Positions 52,801 through 64,000 of a stretch of DNA of 64,000 nucleotides are shown here, one piece after another (the stretch's first letter is position 1; every line of letters starts with the position of its first letter). The notes under the pieces were generated by a model. The model worked only from the letters and a program-made list of their open reading frames with translations. It was not told the DNA's origin and ran no database searches. The position numbers were made by a program, and so were the translations under genes. This DNA is from Eledone cirrhosa (lineage: Eukaryota), in the NCBI GenBank assembly GCA_964016885.1, contig OZ024741.1, positions 258,168,001 through 258,232,000 of the forward strand. Direction: 5' to 3'.

Positions 52801-54912
52801 GAGTGTTTCGACTTACGAGTATTTCGACTTACGAGTGTTTTGACTTATGGGTGTTTTGACATACGAGTGTTTCGATACGAATGCTCTGACTTACGAGTGT
52901 TCTGACTTACGAGTGTTCTGACTTACGAGTGTTCTGACTTACGGGTGTTCTGACTTACGTGTTTTCCGACTTACGAGTGTTTCGGCTATGGGTGTTTCGA
53001 CTTACGAGTGTTTCGACTTACGAATGTTTTGGCTTACGAGTGTTTCGGCTTACCAATGTTTCGACTTACGAATGTTTTGGCTTACGAGTGTTTCGGCTTA
53101 CGGGTGTTTCGACTTACGAGTGTTTCGACTTACGAGTGTTTTGACTTACGGTCTTTCGGCTTACGAGTTATTCGACATACGAGTGTTTCGATTTACGGGT
53201 GTTTCGACTTACGGGTGTTTCGACTTACGAGCGTTTCGACTTATGAGTGTTTCGACTTACGAGTGTTCTGACTTACGAGTGTTCTGACTTACGAGTGTTC
53301 CGACTTACGAGTGTTTAGGTTTACGAGTGTTTCGACACACGAGTGTTTTGACTTACGGGTGTTTCGACTTACGGGTGTTTCGACTTACGAGTGTTTCGGC
53401 TTACGAGTGTTTCGACTTACTAATGTTTTTGCTTACGAGTGTTTCGGTGTACGAGTGTTTCGACAGAAGGATGTTTCGATTTACGAGTGTTTCGACTTAC
53501 GAGTGTTTCGGCTTACGTGAGTTTCGACTTAAGAGTGTTCTGATTTACGAGTGTTCTGACTTGCGGGTGTTCTGATTTACGAGTGTTCCGACTTACGAGT
53601 GTTTCGGCTTATGAGTGTTTCGACTTACGAGTGTTTCGGCTTACGAGTGTTTCGCCTTATGGGTGTTTCGACCTACGAGTGTTTTTACTTACGGTGTTTC
53701 GGCTACGAGTGTTTCGACATACGAGTGTTTTGACTTACGGGTGTTTCGACTTACGAGTGTTTTGACTTACGAATGTTTTGACTTACGGGTGTTTCGGCTT
53801 ACGAGTGTTTCGACTTACGAGTGTTTCGGCTTACGAGTGTTTCGACTTAATAATGTTTTTACTTACGAGTGTTTCGGCGTACGAGTGTTTCGACTTACGA
53901 GTGTTTCGACTTACGGGTGTTTTGACTTACGGGTGTTTCGGCTTACGAGTGTTTTGACTTAAGGGTGTTTCGACTTACGAGTATTTTTGGCTTACGAGTG
54001 TTTCGACTTACGAGTGTTTTGACTTACGAGTGTTCTGATTTACGGATGTTTCGACATACGAGTGTTCAGATTTACGAGTGTTCCGACTTACGAGTGTTTC
54101 GGCTTACGAGTGTTTCGGCTTACGAGTGTTTCGACTTACGAGTGTTTCGACTTACGAGTGTTTCGACTTACGAGTGTTTCGACTTACGGTGTTTCGGCTT
54201 ACGAGTGTTTCGACTTACGAGTGTTTTGACTTACTGGTGTTTTGACATACGAGTGTTTCGATACGACTGTTTCGACTTACGAGTGTTCTGACTTACGAGT
54301 GTTCTGACTTACGAGTGTTCTGACTTACGAGTGTTCTGACTTACGAGTGTTCCGACTTACGAGTGTTTCGGCTCACGAGTGTTTCGGCTTACGAGTGTTT
54401 CGACTTACGAAAATAACAAATAGACGCGGTTTCAAATCTCTATGCTTTTCAAATTCATTACATTAATCTTTATTTATACGTTTCGCTTTACGAGTGTTTC
54501 GACTTACGAGTGTTCCGACTTACGAGTGTTTCGGCTTACGAGTGTTTTGACTTACGAGTGTTTTGACTTACATGTGTTTCGAATTACGCGTGTTTCGACT
54601 TACGAGTGTTTCGACTTACGAGTGTTTCGACTACGGGTGTTTCGACTTACGAATGTTTTGACTTACGGATGTTTTGACTTACGAGTGTTTCGGCTTACGA
54701 GTGTTTCGACTTACGAGTGTTTCGACTTACGAGTGTTTTGACTTACGAGTGTTTTGACTTACGGTGTTTCGGCTTACGAGTGTTTCGACTTACGAGTGTT
54801 TTGACTTACGGGTGTTTTGACATACGAGTGTTTCGATACGAGTGTTCTGACTTACGAGTGTTCTGACTTACGAGTGTTCTGACTTACGAGTGTTCTGACT
54901 TACGAGTGTTCT

Positions 54913-57900
54913 GACATACGTGTGTTCTGACTTACGAGTGTTCCGATTTACGAGTGTTTCGGCATATGAGTGTTTCGACTTACGAATGTTTTTGCTTACG
55001 GGTGTTTCGACTTACGAATGTTTTTGCTTACGAGTGTTTCGGCTTACGAGTGTTTCGACTTACGAAAATAACAAATAGACGCGGTTTCAAATCTCTGCTT
55101 TTCAAATTCATTACATTAATCTTTATTTACACGTTTCGCTTTACGAGTGTTTCGACTTACGCGTGTTTCGACTTACGAGTGTTTCGACTTACGAGTGTTT
55201 CGACTTACGAGTGTTTCGATTTACGAGTGTTTCGACTTACGAGTGTTCTGAATAACGAGTGTTCTGATTACGAGTGTTTCGACTTACGAGTGTTCTGACT
55301 TAGGAGTGTTCTGACTTACGAGTGTTCCGACTTACGAGTGTTTCGACTTACGAGTGTTTCGACTTACGAGTGTTTCGACTTACGAGTGTTTCGGCTTACG
55401 AGTGTTTTGACTTACGAGTGTTCTGACTACGAGTGTTCTGACTTACGAGTGTTTCGGCTTATGAGTGTTTCGACTTACGAGTGTTTCGGCTTATGAGTGT
55501 TTCGACTTACGAGTGTTTCGGCTTACGAGTGTTTCGACTTACGAGTGTTTCGACTTACGAGTGTTTCGGCTTACGAGTGTTTCGACATACGGGTGTTTCG
55601 ACTTACGGTGTTTCGGTTTACGAGTGTTTCGACTTACGAGTGTTCTGACTTACGAGTGTTCTGACTTATGAGTGTTCTGACTTACGAGTGTTCTGACTTA
55701 CGAGTGTTCCGACTTACGAGTGTTTCGGCTTACGAGTGTTTCGGCTTACGAGTGTTTCGACTTACGAGTGTTCTGACTTACGAGTGTTCTGACTTATGAG
55801 TGTTCTGACTTACGAGTGTTCTGACTTACGAGTGTTTCGACTTACGAGTGTTTCGACTTACGAGTGTTTTGACTTACTGGTGTTTTGACATACGAGTGTT
55901 TCGATACGAGTGTTTCGACTTACGAGTGTTCTGACTTACGAGTGTTCTAACTTACGAGTGTTCTGACTTACGGGTGTTCTGACTTACGAGTGTTCCGACT
56001 TACGAGTGTTTCGGCTCACGAGTGTTTCGGCTTACGAGTGTTTCGACTTACGAAAATAACAAATAGACGCGGTTTCAAATCTCTATGCTTTTCAAATTCA
56101 TTACATTAATCTTTATTTATACGTTTCGCTTTACGAGTGTTTCGACTTACGAGGGTTTCGACTTACGAGTGTTTCGGCTTACGAGTGTTTCGACTTACGA
56201 GTGTTTCGACTTACGAGTGTTTTGACTTACTGGTGTTTTGACATACGAGTGTTTCGATACGAGTGTTTCGACTTACGAGTGTTCTGACTTACGAGTGTTC
56301 TGACTTACGAGTGTTTCGACTTACGAGTGTTCTGACTTAGGAGTGTTCTGACTTACGAATGTTCCGACTTACGAGTGTTTCGACTTACGAGTGTTTTGAC
56401 TTACGAGTGTTTCGACTTACGAGTGTTTCGGCTTACCAGTGTTTTGACTTACGAGTGTTCTGACTTACGAGTGTTTCGGCTTATGAGTGTTTCGACTTAC
56501 GAGTGTTTCGGCTTATGAGTGTTTCGACTTACGAGTGTTTCGGCTTACGAGTGTTTCGACTTACGAGTGTTTCGACTTACGAGTGTTTCGACTTACGGGT
56601 GTTTCGACTTACGAGTGTTTCGACTACGAGTGTTTCGACTTACGAGTGTTTCGACTTACGAGTGTTTCGACATACGGGTGTTTCGACTTACGGTGTTTCG
56701 GCTTACGAATGTTCCGACTTACGAGTGTTTCGACTTACGAGTGTTTCGATTTACGAGTGTTTCGGCTTACGAGTGTTTCGACTTACGAGTGTTTCGACTT
56801 ACGAGTGTTCTGATTTACGGATGTTTCGACATACGAGTGTTTCGACTTACGAGTGTTTCGACTTACGAGTGTTTTGACTTACGGGTGTTTTGACATACGA
56901 GTGTTTCGATACGAGTGTTTCGACTTACGAGTGTTCTGACTTACGATTGTTCTGACTTACGAGCGTTCTGACTTACGAGTGTTTCGGCTTACAAGTGATT
57001 CGACTTACGAATGTTTTGACTTACGGGTGTTTCGGCTTGCGAGTGTTTCGACATACGGGTGTTTCGACTTACGGTGTTTCGGCTTACGAGTGTTTCGACT
57101 TACGAGTGTTCTGACTTACGAGTGTTCTGACTTATGAGTGTTCTGACTTACGAGTGTTCTGACTTACGAGTGTTCCGACTTACGAGTGTTTCGGCTTACG
57201 AGTGTTTCGGCTTACGAGTGTTTCGACTTACGAGTGTTCTGACTTACGAGTGTTCTGACTTATGAGTGTTCTGACTTACGAGTGTTCTGACTTACGAGTG
57301 TTTCGACTTACGAGTGTTTCGACTTACGAGTGTTTTGACTTACTGGTGTTTTGACATACGAGTGTTTCGATACGAGTGTTTCGACTTACGAGTGTTCTGA
57401 CTTACGAGTGTTCTAACTTACGAGTGTTCTGACTTACGGGTGTTCTGACTTACGAGTGTTCCGACTTACGAGTGTTTCGGCTCACGAGTGTTTCGGCTTA
57501 CGAGTGTTTCGACTTACGAAAATAACAAATAGACGCGGTTTCAAATCTCTATGCTTTTCAAATTCATTACATTAATCTTTATTTATACGTTTCGCTTTAC
57601 GAGTGTTTCGACTTACGAGTGTTTCGACTTACGAGTGTTTCGGCTTACGAGTGTTTCGACTTACGAGTGTTTCGACTTACGAGTGTTTTGACTTACTGGT
57701 GTTTTGACATACGAGTGTTTCGATACGAGTGTTTCGACTTACGAGTGTTCTGACTTACGAGTGTTCTGACTTACGAGTGTTTCGACTTACGAGTGTTCTG
57801 ACTTAGGAGTGTTCTGACTTACGAATGTTCCGACTTACGAGTGTTTCGACTTACGAGTGTTTTGACTTACGAGTGTTTCGACTTACGAGTGTTTCGGCTT

Positions 57901-60900
57901 ACGAGTGTTTTGACTTACGAGTGTTTTGACTTACGAGTGTTTCGGCTTATGAGTGTTTCGACTTACGAGTGTTTCGGCTTATGAGTGTTTCGACTTACGA
58001 GTGTTTCGGCTTACGAGTGTTTCGACTTACGAGTGTTTCGACTTACGAGTGTTTCGACTTACGGGTGTTTCGACTTACGAGTGTTTCGACTACGAGTGTT
58101 TCGACTTACGAGTGTTTCGACTTACGAGTGTTTCGACATACGGGTGTTTCGACTTACGGTGTTTCGGCTTACGAATGTTCCGACTTACGAGTGTTTCGAC
58201 TTACGAGTGTTTCGATTTACGAGTGTTTCGGCTTACGAGTGTTTCGACTTACGAGTGTTTCGACTTACGAGTGTTCTGATTTACGGATGTTTCGACATAC
58301 GAGTGTTTCGACTTACGAGTGTTTCGACTTACGAGTGTTTTGACTTACGGGGGTTTTGACATACGAGTGTTTCGATACGAGTGTTTCGACTTACGAGTGT
58401 TCTGACTTACGATTGTTCTGACTTACGAGCGTTCTGACTTACGAGTGTTTCGGCTTACAAGTGATTCGACTTACGAATGTTTTTACTTACGGGTGTTTCG
58501 GCTTGCGAGTGTTTCGTCTTACGAGTGTTTTGGCTTGCGAGTGTTTCGACTTACTAATAATTTTACTTACGAGTGTTTCGGCGTACGAGTGTTTCGACTT
58601 ACGAGTGTTTCGACTTACGGGTGTTTTGACTTACGGGTGTTTCGGCTTACGAGTGTTTCGACTTACGAGTGTTTTGACTAAAGGGTGTTTCGACTTACGA
58701 GTGTTTCGACTTACGAGTGTTTCGACTTACGATTGTTTCGTATTACGAGTGTTTTGACTTGAGGGTTTTCGACTTACGAGTGTTTCGATACGAGTGTTTC
58801 GACTTACGAGTGTTCTGACTTACGAGTGTTCTGACTTACAAGTGTTCTTACTTACGAGTGTTCCGACTTACGAGTGTTCCGACTTACGAGTGTTTCGGCT
58901 TACGAGTGTTTCGGCTTACGAGTGTTTCGACTTACGAGTGTTCCGACTTACGGGTGTTTCGACTTACGAGTGTTTTGGCTTACGGTGTTTCGGCTTACGA
59001 GTGTTTCGAGTTACGAGAGTTTTGACTTACGCGTGTTTTGACATACGAGTGTTTCGATACGAGTGTTCTGACTTACGAGTGTTCTGACATACGTGTGTTC
59101 TGACTTACGAGTGTTCCGATTTACGAGTGTTTCGGCATATGAGTGTTTCGACTTACGAATGTTTTTGCTTACGGGTGTTTCGACTTAGGAATGTTTTTGC
59201 TTACGAGTGTTTCGGCTTACGAGTGTTTCGACTTACGAAAATAACAAATAGACGCGGTTTCAAATCTCTGCTTTTCAAATTCATTACATTAATCTTTATT
59301 TACACGTTTCGCTTTACGAGTGTTTCGACTTACGCGTGTTTCGACTTTCGAGTGTTTCGACTTACGAGTGTTTCGACTTACGAGTGTTTCGATTTACGAG
59401 TGTTTCGACTTACGAGTGTTCTGAATAACGAGTGTTCTGATTACGAGTGTTTCGACTTACGAGTGTTCTGACTTAGGAGTGTTCTGACTTACGAGTGTTC
59501 CGACTTACGAGTGTTTCGACTTACGAGTGTTTCGACTTACGAGTGTTTCGACTTACGAGTGTTTCGGCTTACGAGTGTTTTGACTTACGAGTGTTCTGAC
59601 TACGAGTGTTCTGACTTACGAGTGTTTCGGCTTATGAGTGTTTCGACTTACGAGTGTTTCGGCTTATGAGTGTTTCGACTTACGAGTGTTTCGGCTTACG
59701 AGTGTTTCGACTTACGAGTGTTTCGACTTACGAGTGTTTCGGCTTACGAGTGTTTCGACATACGGGTGTTTCGACTTACGGTGTTTCGGCTTACGAGTGT
59801 TTCGACTTACGAGTGTTCTGACTTACGAGTGTTCTGACTTATGAGTGTTCTGACTTACGAGTGTTCTGACTTACGAGTGTTCCGACTTACGAGTGTTTCG
59901 GCTTACGAGTGTTTCGGCTTACGAGTGTTTTGACTTACTGGTGTTTTGACATACGAGTGTTTCGATACGAGTGTTTCGACTTACGAGTGTTCTGACTTAC
60001 GAGTGTTCTAACTTACGAGTGTTCTGACTTACGGGTGTTCTGACTTACGAGTGTTCCGACTTACGAGTGTTTCGGCTCACGAGTGTTTCGGCTTACGAGT
60101 GTTTCGACTTACGAAATTAACAAATAGACGCGGTTTCAAATCTCTATGCTTTTCAAATTCATTACATTAATCTTTATTTATACGTTTCGCTTTACGAGTG
60201 TTTCGACTTACGAGTGTTTCGACTTACGAGTGTTTCGGCTTACGAGTGTTTCGACTTACGAGTGTTTCGACTTACGAGTGTTTTGACTTACTGGTGTTTT
60301 GACATACGAGTGTTTCGATACGAGTGTTTCGACTTACGAGTGTTCTGACTTACGAGTGTTCTGACTTACGAGTGTTTCGACTTACGAGTGTTCTGACTTA
60401 GGAGTGTTCTGACTTACGAATGTTCCGACTTACGAGTGTTTCGACTTACGAGTGTTTTGACTTACGAGTGTTTCGACTTACGAGTGTTTCGGCTTACGAG
60501 TGTTTTGACTTACGAGTGTTCTGACTTACGAGTGTTTCGGCTTATGAGTGTTTCGACTTACGAGTGTTTCGGCTTATGAGTGTTTCGACTTACGAGTGTT
60601 TCGGCTTACGAGTGTTTCGACTTACGAGTGTTTCGACTTACGAGTGTTTCGACTTACGGGTGTTTCGACTTACGAGTGTTTCGACTACGAGTGTTTCGAC
60701 TTACGAGTGTTTCGACTTACGAGTGTTTCGACATACGGGTGTTTCGACTTACGGTGTTTCGGCTTACGAATGTTCCGACTTACGAGTGTTTCGACTTACG
60801 AGTGTTTCGATTTACGAGTGTTTCGGCTTACGAGTGTTTCGACTTACGAGTGTTTCGACTTACGAGTGTTCTGATTTACGGATGTTTCGACATACGAGTG

Positions 60901-63146
60901 TTTCGACTTACGAGTGTTTCGACTTACGAGTGTTTTGACTTACGGGTGTTTTGACATACGAGTGTTTCGATACGAGTGTTTCGACTTACGAGTGTTCTGA
61001 CTTACGATTGTTCTGACTTACGAGCGTTCTGACTTACGAGTGTTTCGGCTTACAAGTGATTCGACTTACGAATGTTTTGACTTACGGGTGTTTCGGCTTG
61101 CGAGTGTTTCGACATACGGGTGTTTCGACTTACGGTGTTTCGGCTTACGAGTGTTTCGACTTACGAGTGTTCTGACTTACGAGTGTTCTGACTTATGAGT
61201 GTTCTGACTTACGAGTGTTCTGACTTACGAGTGTTCCGACTTACGAGTGTTTCGGCTTACGAGTGTTTCGGCTTACGAGTGTTTCGACTTACGAGTGTTC
61301 TGACTTACGAGTGTTCTGACTTATGAGTGTTCTGACTTACGAGTGTTCTGACTTACGAGTGTTTCGACTTACGAGTGTTTCGACTTACGAGTGTTTTGAC
61401 TTACTGGTGTTTTGACATACGAGTGTTTCGATACGAGTGTTTCGACTTACGAGTGTTCTGACTTACGAGTGTTCTAACTTACGAGTGTTCTGACTTACGG
61501 GTGTTCTGACTTACGAGTGTTCCGACTTACGAGTGTTTCGGCTCACGAGTGTTTCGGCTTACGAGTGTTTCGACTTACGAAAATAACAAATAGACGCGGT
61601 TTCAAATCTCTATGCTTTTCAAATTCATTACATTAATCTTTATTTATACGTTTCGCTTTACGAGTGTTTCGACTTACGAGTGTTTCGACTTACGAGTGTT
61701 TCGGCTTACGAGTGTTTCGACTTACGAGTGTTTCGACTTACGAGTGTTTTGACTTACTGGTGTTTTGACATACGAGTGTTTCGATACGAGTGTTTCGACT
61801 TACGAGTGTTCTGACTTACGAGTGTTCTGACTTACGAGTGTTTCGACTTACGAGTGTTCTGACTTAGGAGTGTTCTGACTTACGAATGTTCCGACTTACG
61901 AGTGTTTCGACTTACGAGTGTTTTGACTTACGAGTGTTTCGACTTACGAGTGTTTCGGCTTACGAGTGTTTTGACTTACGAGTGTTCTGACTTACGAGTG
62001 TTTCGGCTTATGAGTGTTTCGACTTACGAGTGTTTCGGCTTATGAGTGTTTCGACTTACGAGTGTTTCGGCTTACGAGTGTTTCGACTTACGAGTGTTTC
62101 GACTTACGAGTGTTTCGACTTACGGGTGTTTCGACTTACGAGTGTTTCGACTACGAGTGTTTCGACTTACGAGTGTTTCGACTTACGAGTGTTTCGACAT
62201 ACGGGTGTTTCGACTTACGGTGTTTCGGCTTACGAATGTTCCGACTTACGAGTGTTTCGACTTACGAGTGTTTCGATTTACGAGTGTTTCGGCTTACGAG
62301 TGTTTGGACTTACGAGTGTTTCGACTTACGAGTGTTCTGATTTACGGATGTTTCGACATACGAGTGTTTCGACTTACGAGTGTTTCGACTTACGAGTGTT
62401 TTGACTTACGGGTGTTTTGACATACGAGTGTTTCGATACGAGTGTTTCGACTTACGAGTGTTCTGACTTACGATTGTTCTGACTTACGAGCGTTCTGACT
62501 TACGAGTGTTTCGGCTTACAAGTGATTCGACTTACGAATGTTTTGACTTACGGGTGTTTCGGCTTGCGAGTGTTTCGTCTTACGAGTGTTTTGGCTTGCG
62601 AGTGTTTCGACTTACTAATAATTTTACTTACGAGTGTTTCGGCGTACGAGTGTTTCGACTTACGAGTGTTTCGACTTACGGGTGTTTTGACTTACGGGTG
62701 TTTCGGCTTACGAGTGTTTCGACTTACGAGTGTTTTGACTAAAGGGTGTTTCGACTTACGAGTGTTTCGACTTACGAGTGTTTCGACTTACGATTGTTTC
62801 GTATTACGAGTGTTTTGACTTGAGGGTTTTCGACTTACGAGTGTTTCGATACGAGTGTTTCGACTTACGAGTGTTCTGACTTACGAGTGTTCTGACTTAC
62901 AAGTGTTCTTACTTACGAGTGTTCCGACTTACGAGTGTTCCGACTTACGAGTGTTTCGGCTTACGAGTGTTTCGGCTTACGAGTGTTTCGACTTACGAGT
63001 GTTCCGACTTACGGGTGTTTCGACTTACGAGTGTTTTGGCTTACGGTGTTTCGGCTTACGAGTGTTTCGAGTTACGAGAGTTTTGACTTACGCGTGTTTT
63101 GACATACGAGTGTTTCGATACGAGTGTTCTGACTTACGACTGTTCT
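54913..63146 (+). repeat. Higher-order tandem duplication, 4,173/4,061-bp unit x2 (about 54913-59085 and 59086-63146)
   Basis: ORF offsets of 4,173 (54954/59127, 55465/59638) then 4,061 (56487/60548, 58445/62506, 58794/62855). Inserts B-A-A at 55065/56053/57519 and 59238/60114/61580. Confidence 0.9.
55580..58515 (+). repeat. Nested tandem duplication, 1,466-bp unit x2, inside each 4.1-kb unit (second instance about 59755-62576)
   Basis: ORF offsets of 1,466 (56487/57953, 60548/62014). Inserts at 56053/57519 and 60114/61580. Junction near 57050 (GGCTTGCGAGTGTTTCGACATACGGG). Confidence 0.87.
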
Positions 63147-64000
63147 GACTTACGAGTGTTCTGAGTTACGAGTGTTCTGACTTACGAGTGTTCCGACTTT
63201 ACGAGTGTTTCGGCTCACGAGTGTTTAGGCTTACGAGTGTTTCGACTTACGAAAATAACAAATAGACGCGGTTTCAAATCTCTATGCTTTTCAAATTCAT
63301 TACATTAATCTTTATTCATACGTTTCGCTTTACGAGTGTTTCGACTTACGAGTGTTTCGACATACGAGTGTTTCGGCTTACGAGTGTTTTGATTTACGAG
63401 TGTTTTGACTTACGGGTGCTTCGACTTACGCGTGTTTCGACTTACGAGTGTTTCGACTTACGAGTGTTTCGACTTACGAGTGTTTCGGCTTACGAGTGTT
63501 TTGACTTACGAGTGTTTCGGCTGGCGAGTGTTTCGACTTACGAGTGTTTTGACTTAAGGGTGTTTCGACTTACGAGTGTTTCGACTTACGAGTGTTTCGA
63601 CTTACGAGTGTTTCGGCTTACGAGTGTTTTGACTTAAGGGTGTTTCGACTTACGAGTGTTTCGATACGAGTGTTTCGACTTACGAGTGTTCTGACTTACG
63701 AGTGTTCCGACTTACGAGTGTCTCGGCTTACGAGTGTTTCGGCTTACGAGTGTTTCGACTTACGAGTGTTTCGACTTACGAGTGTTCCGACTTACGTGTG
63801 TTTCGACTTACGTGTGTTTTGGCTTACGGTGTTTCGACTTACGAGTGTTTCGGCTTACGAGTGTTTTGACTTAAGGGTGTTTCGACTTACGAGTGTTTCG
63901 ATACGTGTGTTTCGACTTACGAGTGTTTCGGCTTACGAGTGTTTCGACTTACGAGTGTTTCGACTTACGAGTGTTCTGATTTACGGATGTTTCGACATAC

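Larger units (their letters stand above)
1..64000 (+). repeat. Satellite DNA array, 16-bp monomer GACTTACGAGTGTTTC, head-to-tail, single orientation, running off both window ends
   Basis: Directly visible throughout. Common variants: TTTCGA (consensus), TTTCGG, TTTTGA, TTCTGA, TTCCGA; ACGAG/ACGGG/ATGAG/ACGAA; length variants of 14 bp (GATACGAGTGTTTC), 15 bp (CTTACGGTG, GACTACG) and 17 bp (GACTTTACG). I saw no inverted block. Confidence 0.99.

Noticed and set aside
1142-63321. CRISPR-like repeat/spacer arrangement
   Set aside because: The non-satellite segments are near-identical rather than unique spacers. The intervening DNA is 0.35-3.9 kb of satellite, and there are no cas genes or leader.
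366-63637. Numerous + strand ORFs (60-241 aa) in the supplied track
   Set aside because: All are translations of the 16-bp repeat or the insert. They overlap in three frames with the same peptide, mostly start at GTG/TTG within monomers, and show no domain-like complexity.
1-64000. Telomerase-made long-unit telomeric repeat (as in some budding yeasts)
   Set aside because: The monomer lacks G-runs. The array exceeds 64 kb and carries inherited variants, inserts and kb-scale HORs, which points to recombinational amplification rather than templated addition. A subtelomeric location is not excluded.
1-64000. Sequencing artefact or synthetic concatemer
   Set aside because: Hierarchical, inherited variant patterns at several divergence levels are what an evolving natural array shows. 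Individual near-perfect duplications still need read support.

Overview
The whole 64 kb window is one head-to-tail, single-orientation satellite array built from a 16-bp monomer (consensus GACTTACGAGTGTTTC, 7/16 GC, two CpGs), roughly 3,800 copies. I can support no genes, RNA genes or CRISPR array. All ORFs in the track are artefacts: the + strand consensus has no stop triplet and 16 is not a multiple of 3, so all three frames read LTSVSTYECFDLRVFR. The array is interrupted at 44 sites (manual count) by a conserved AT-rich 68-70 bp element (AAAATAACAAATAGACGCGGTTTCAAATCTCTATGCTTTTCAAATTCATTACATTAATCTTTATTTATAC), always in the same orientation and at the same monomer position, in six allele classes. 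Variant monomers reveal nested higher-order duplications of about 1.47, 2.13, 3.69, 4.1, 5.5 and 17.5 kb, laid over an older module of about 0.4-0.6 kb. The architecture looks like eukaryotic (peri)centromeric or heterochromatic satellite; this is inference and the organism cannot be identified. The most interesting hypothesis is that the monomer core TTTCGACTTACGA derives from the terminal/subterminal motif of a pogo/Tigger-type DNA transposon, the family related to CENP-B. That resemblance is from memory and needs a database check. All coordinates were read by eye; duplication boundaries are uncertain by one to a few monomers.
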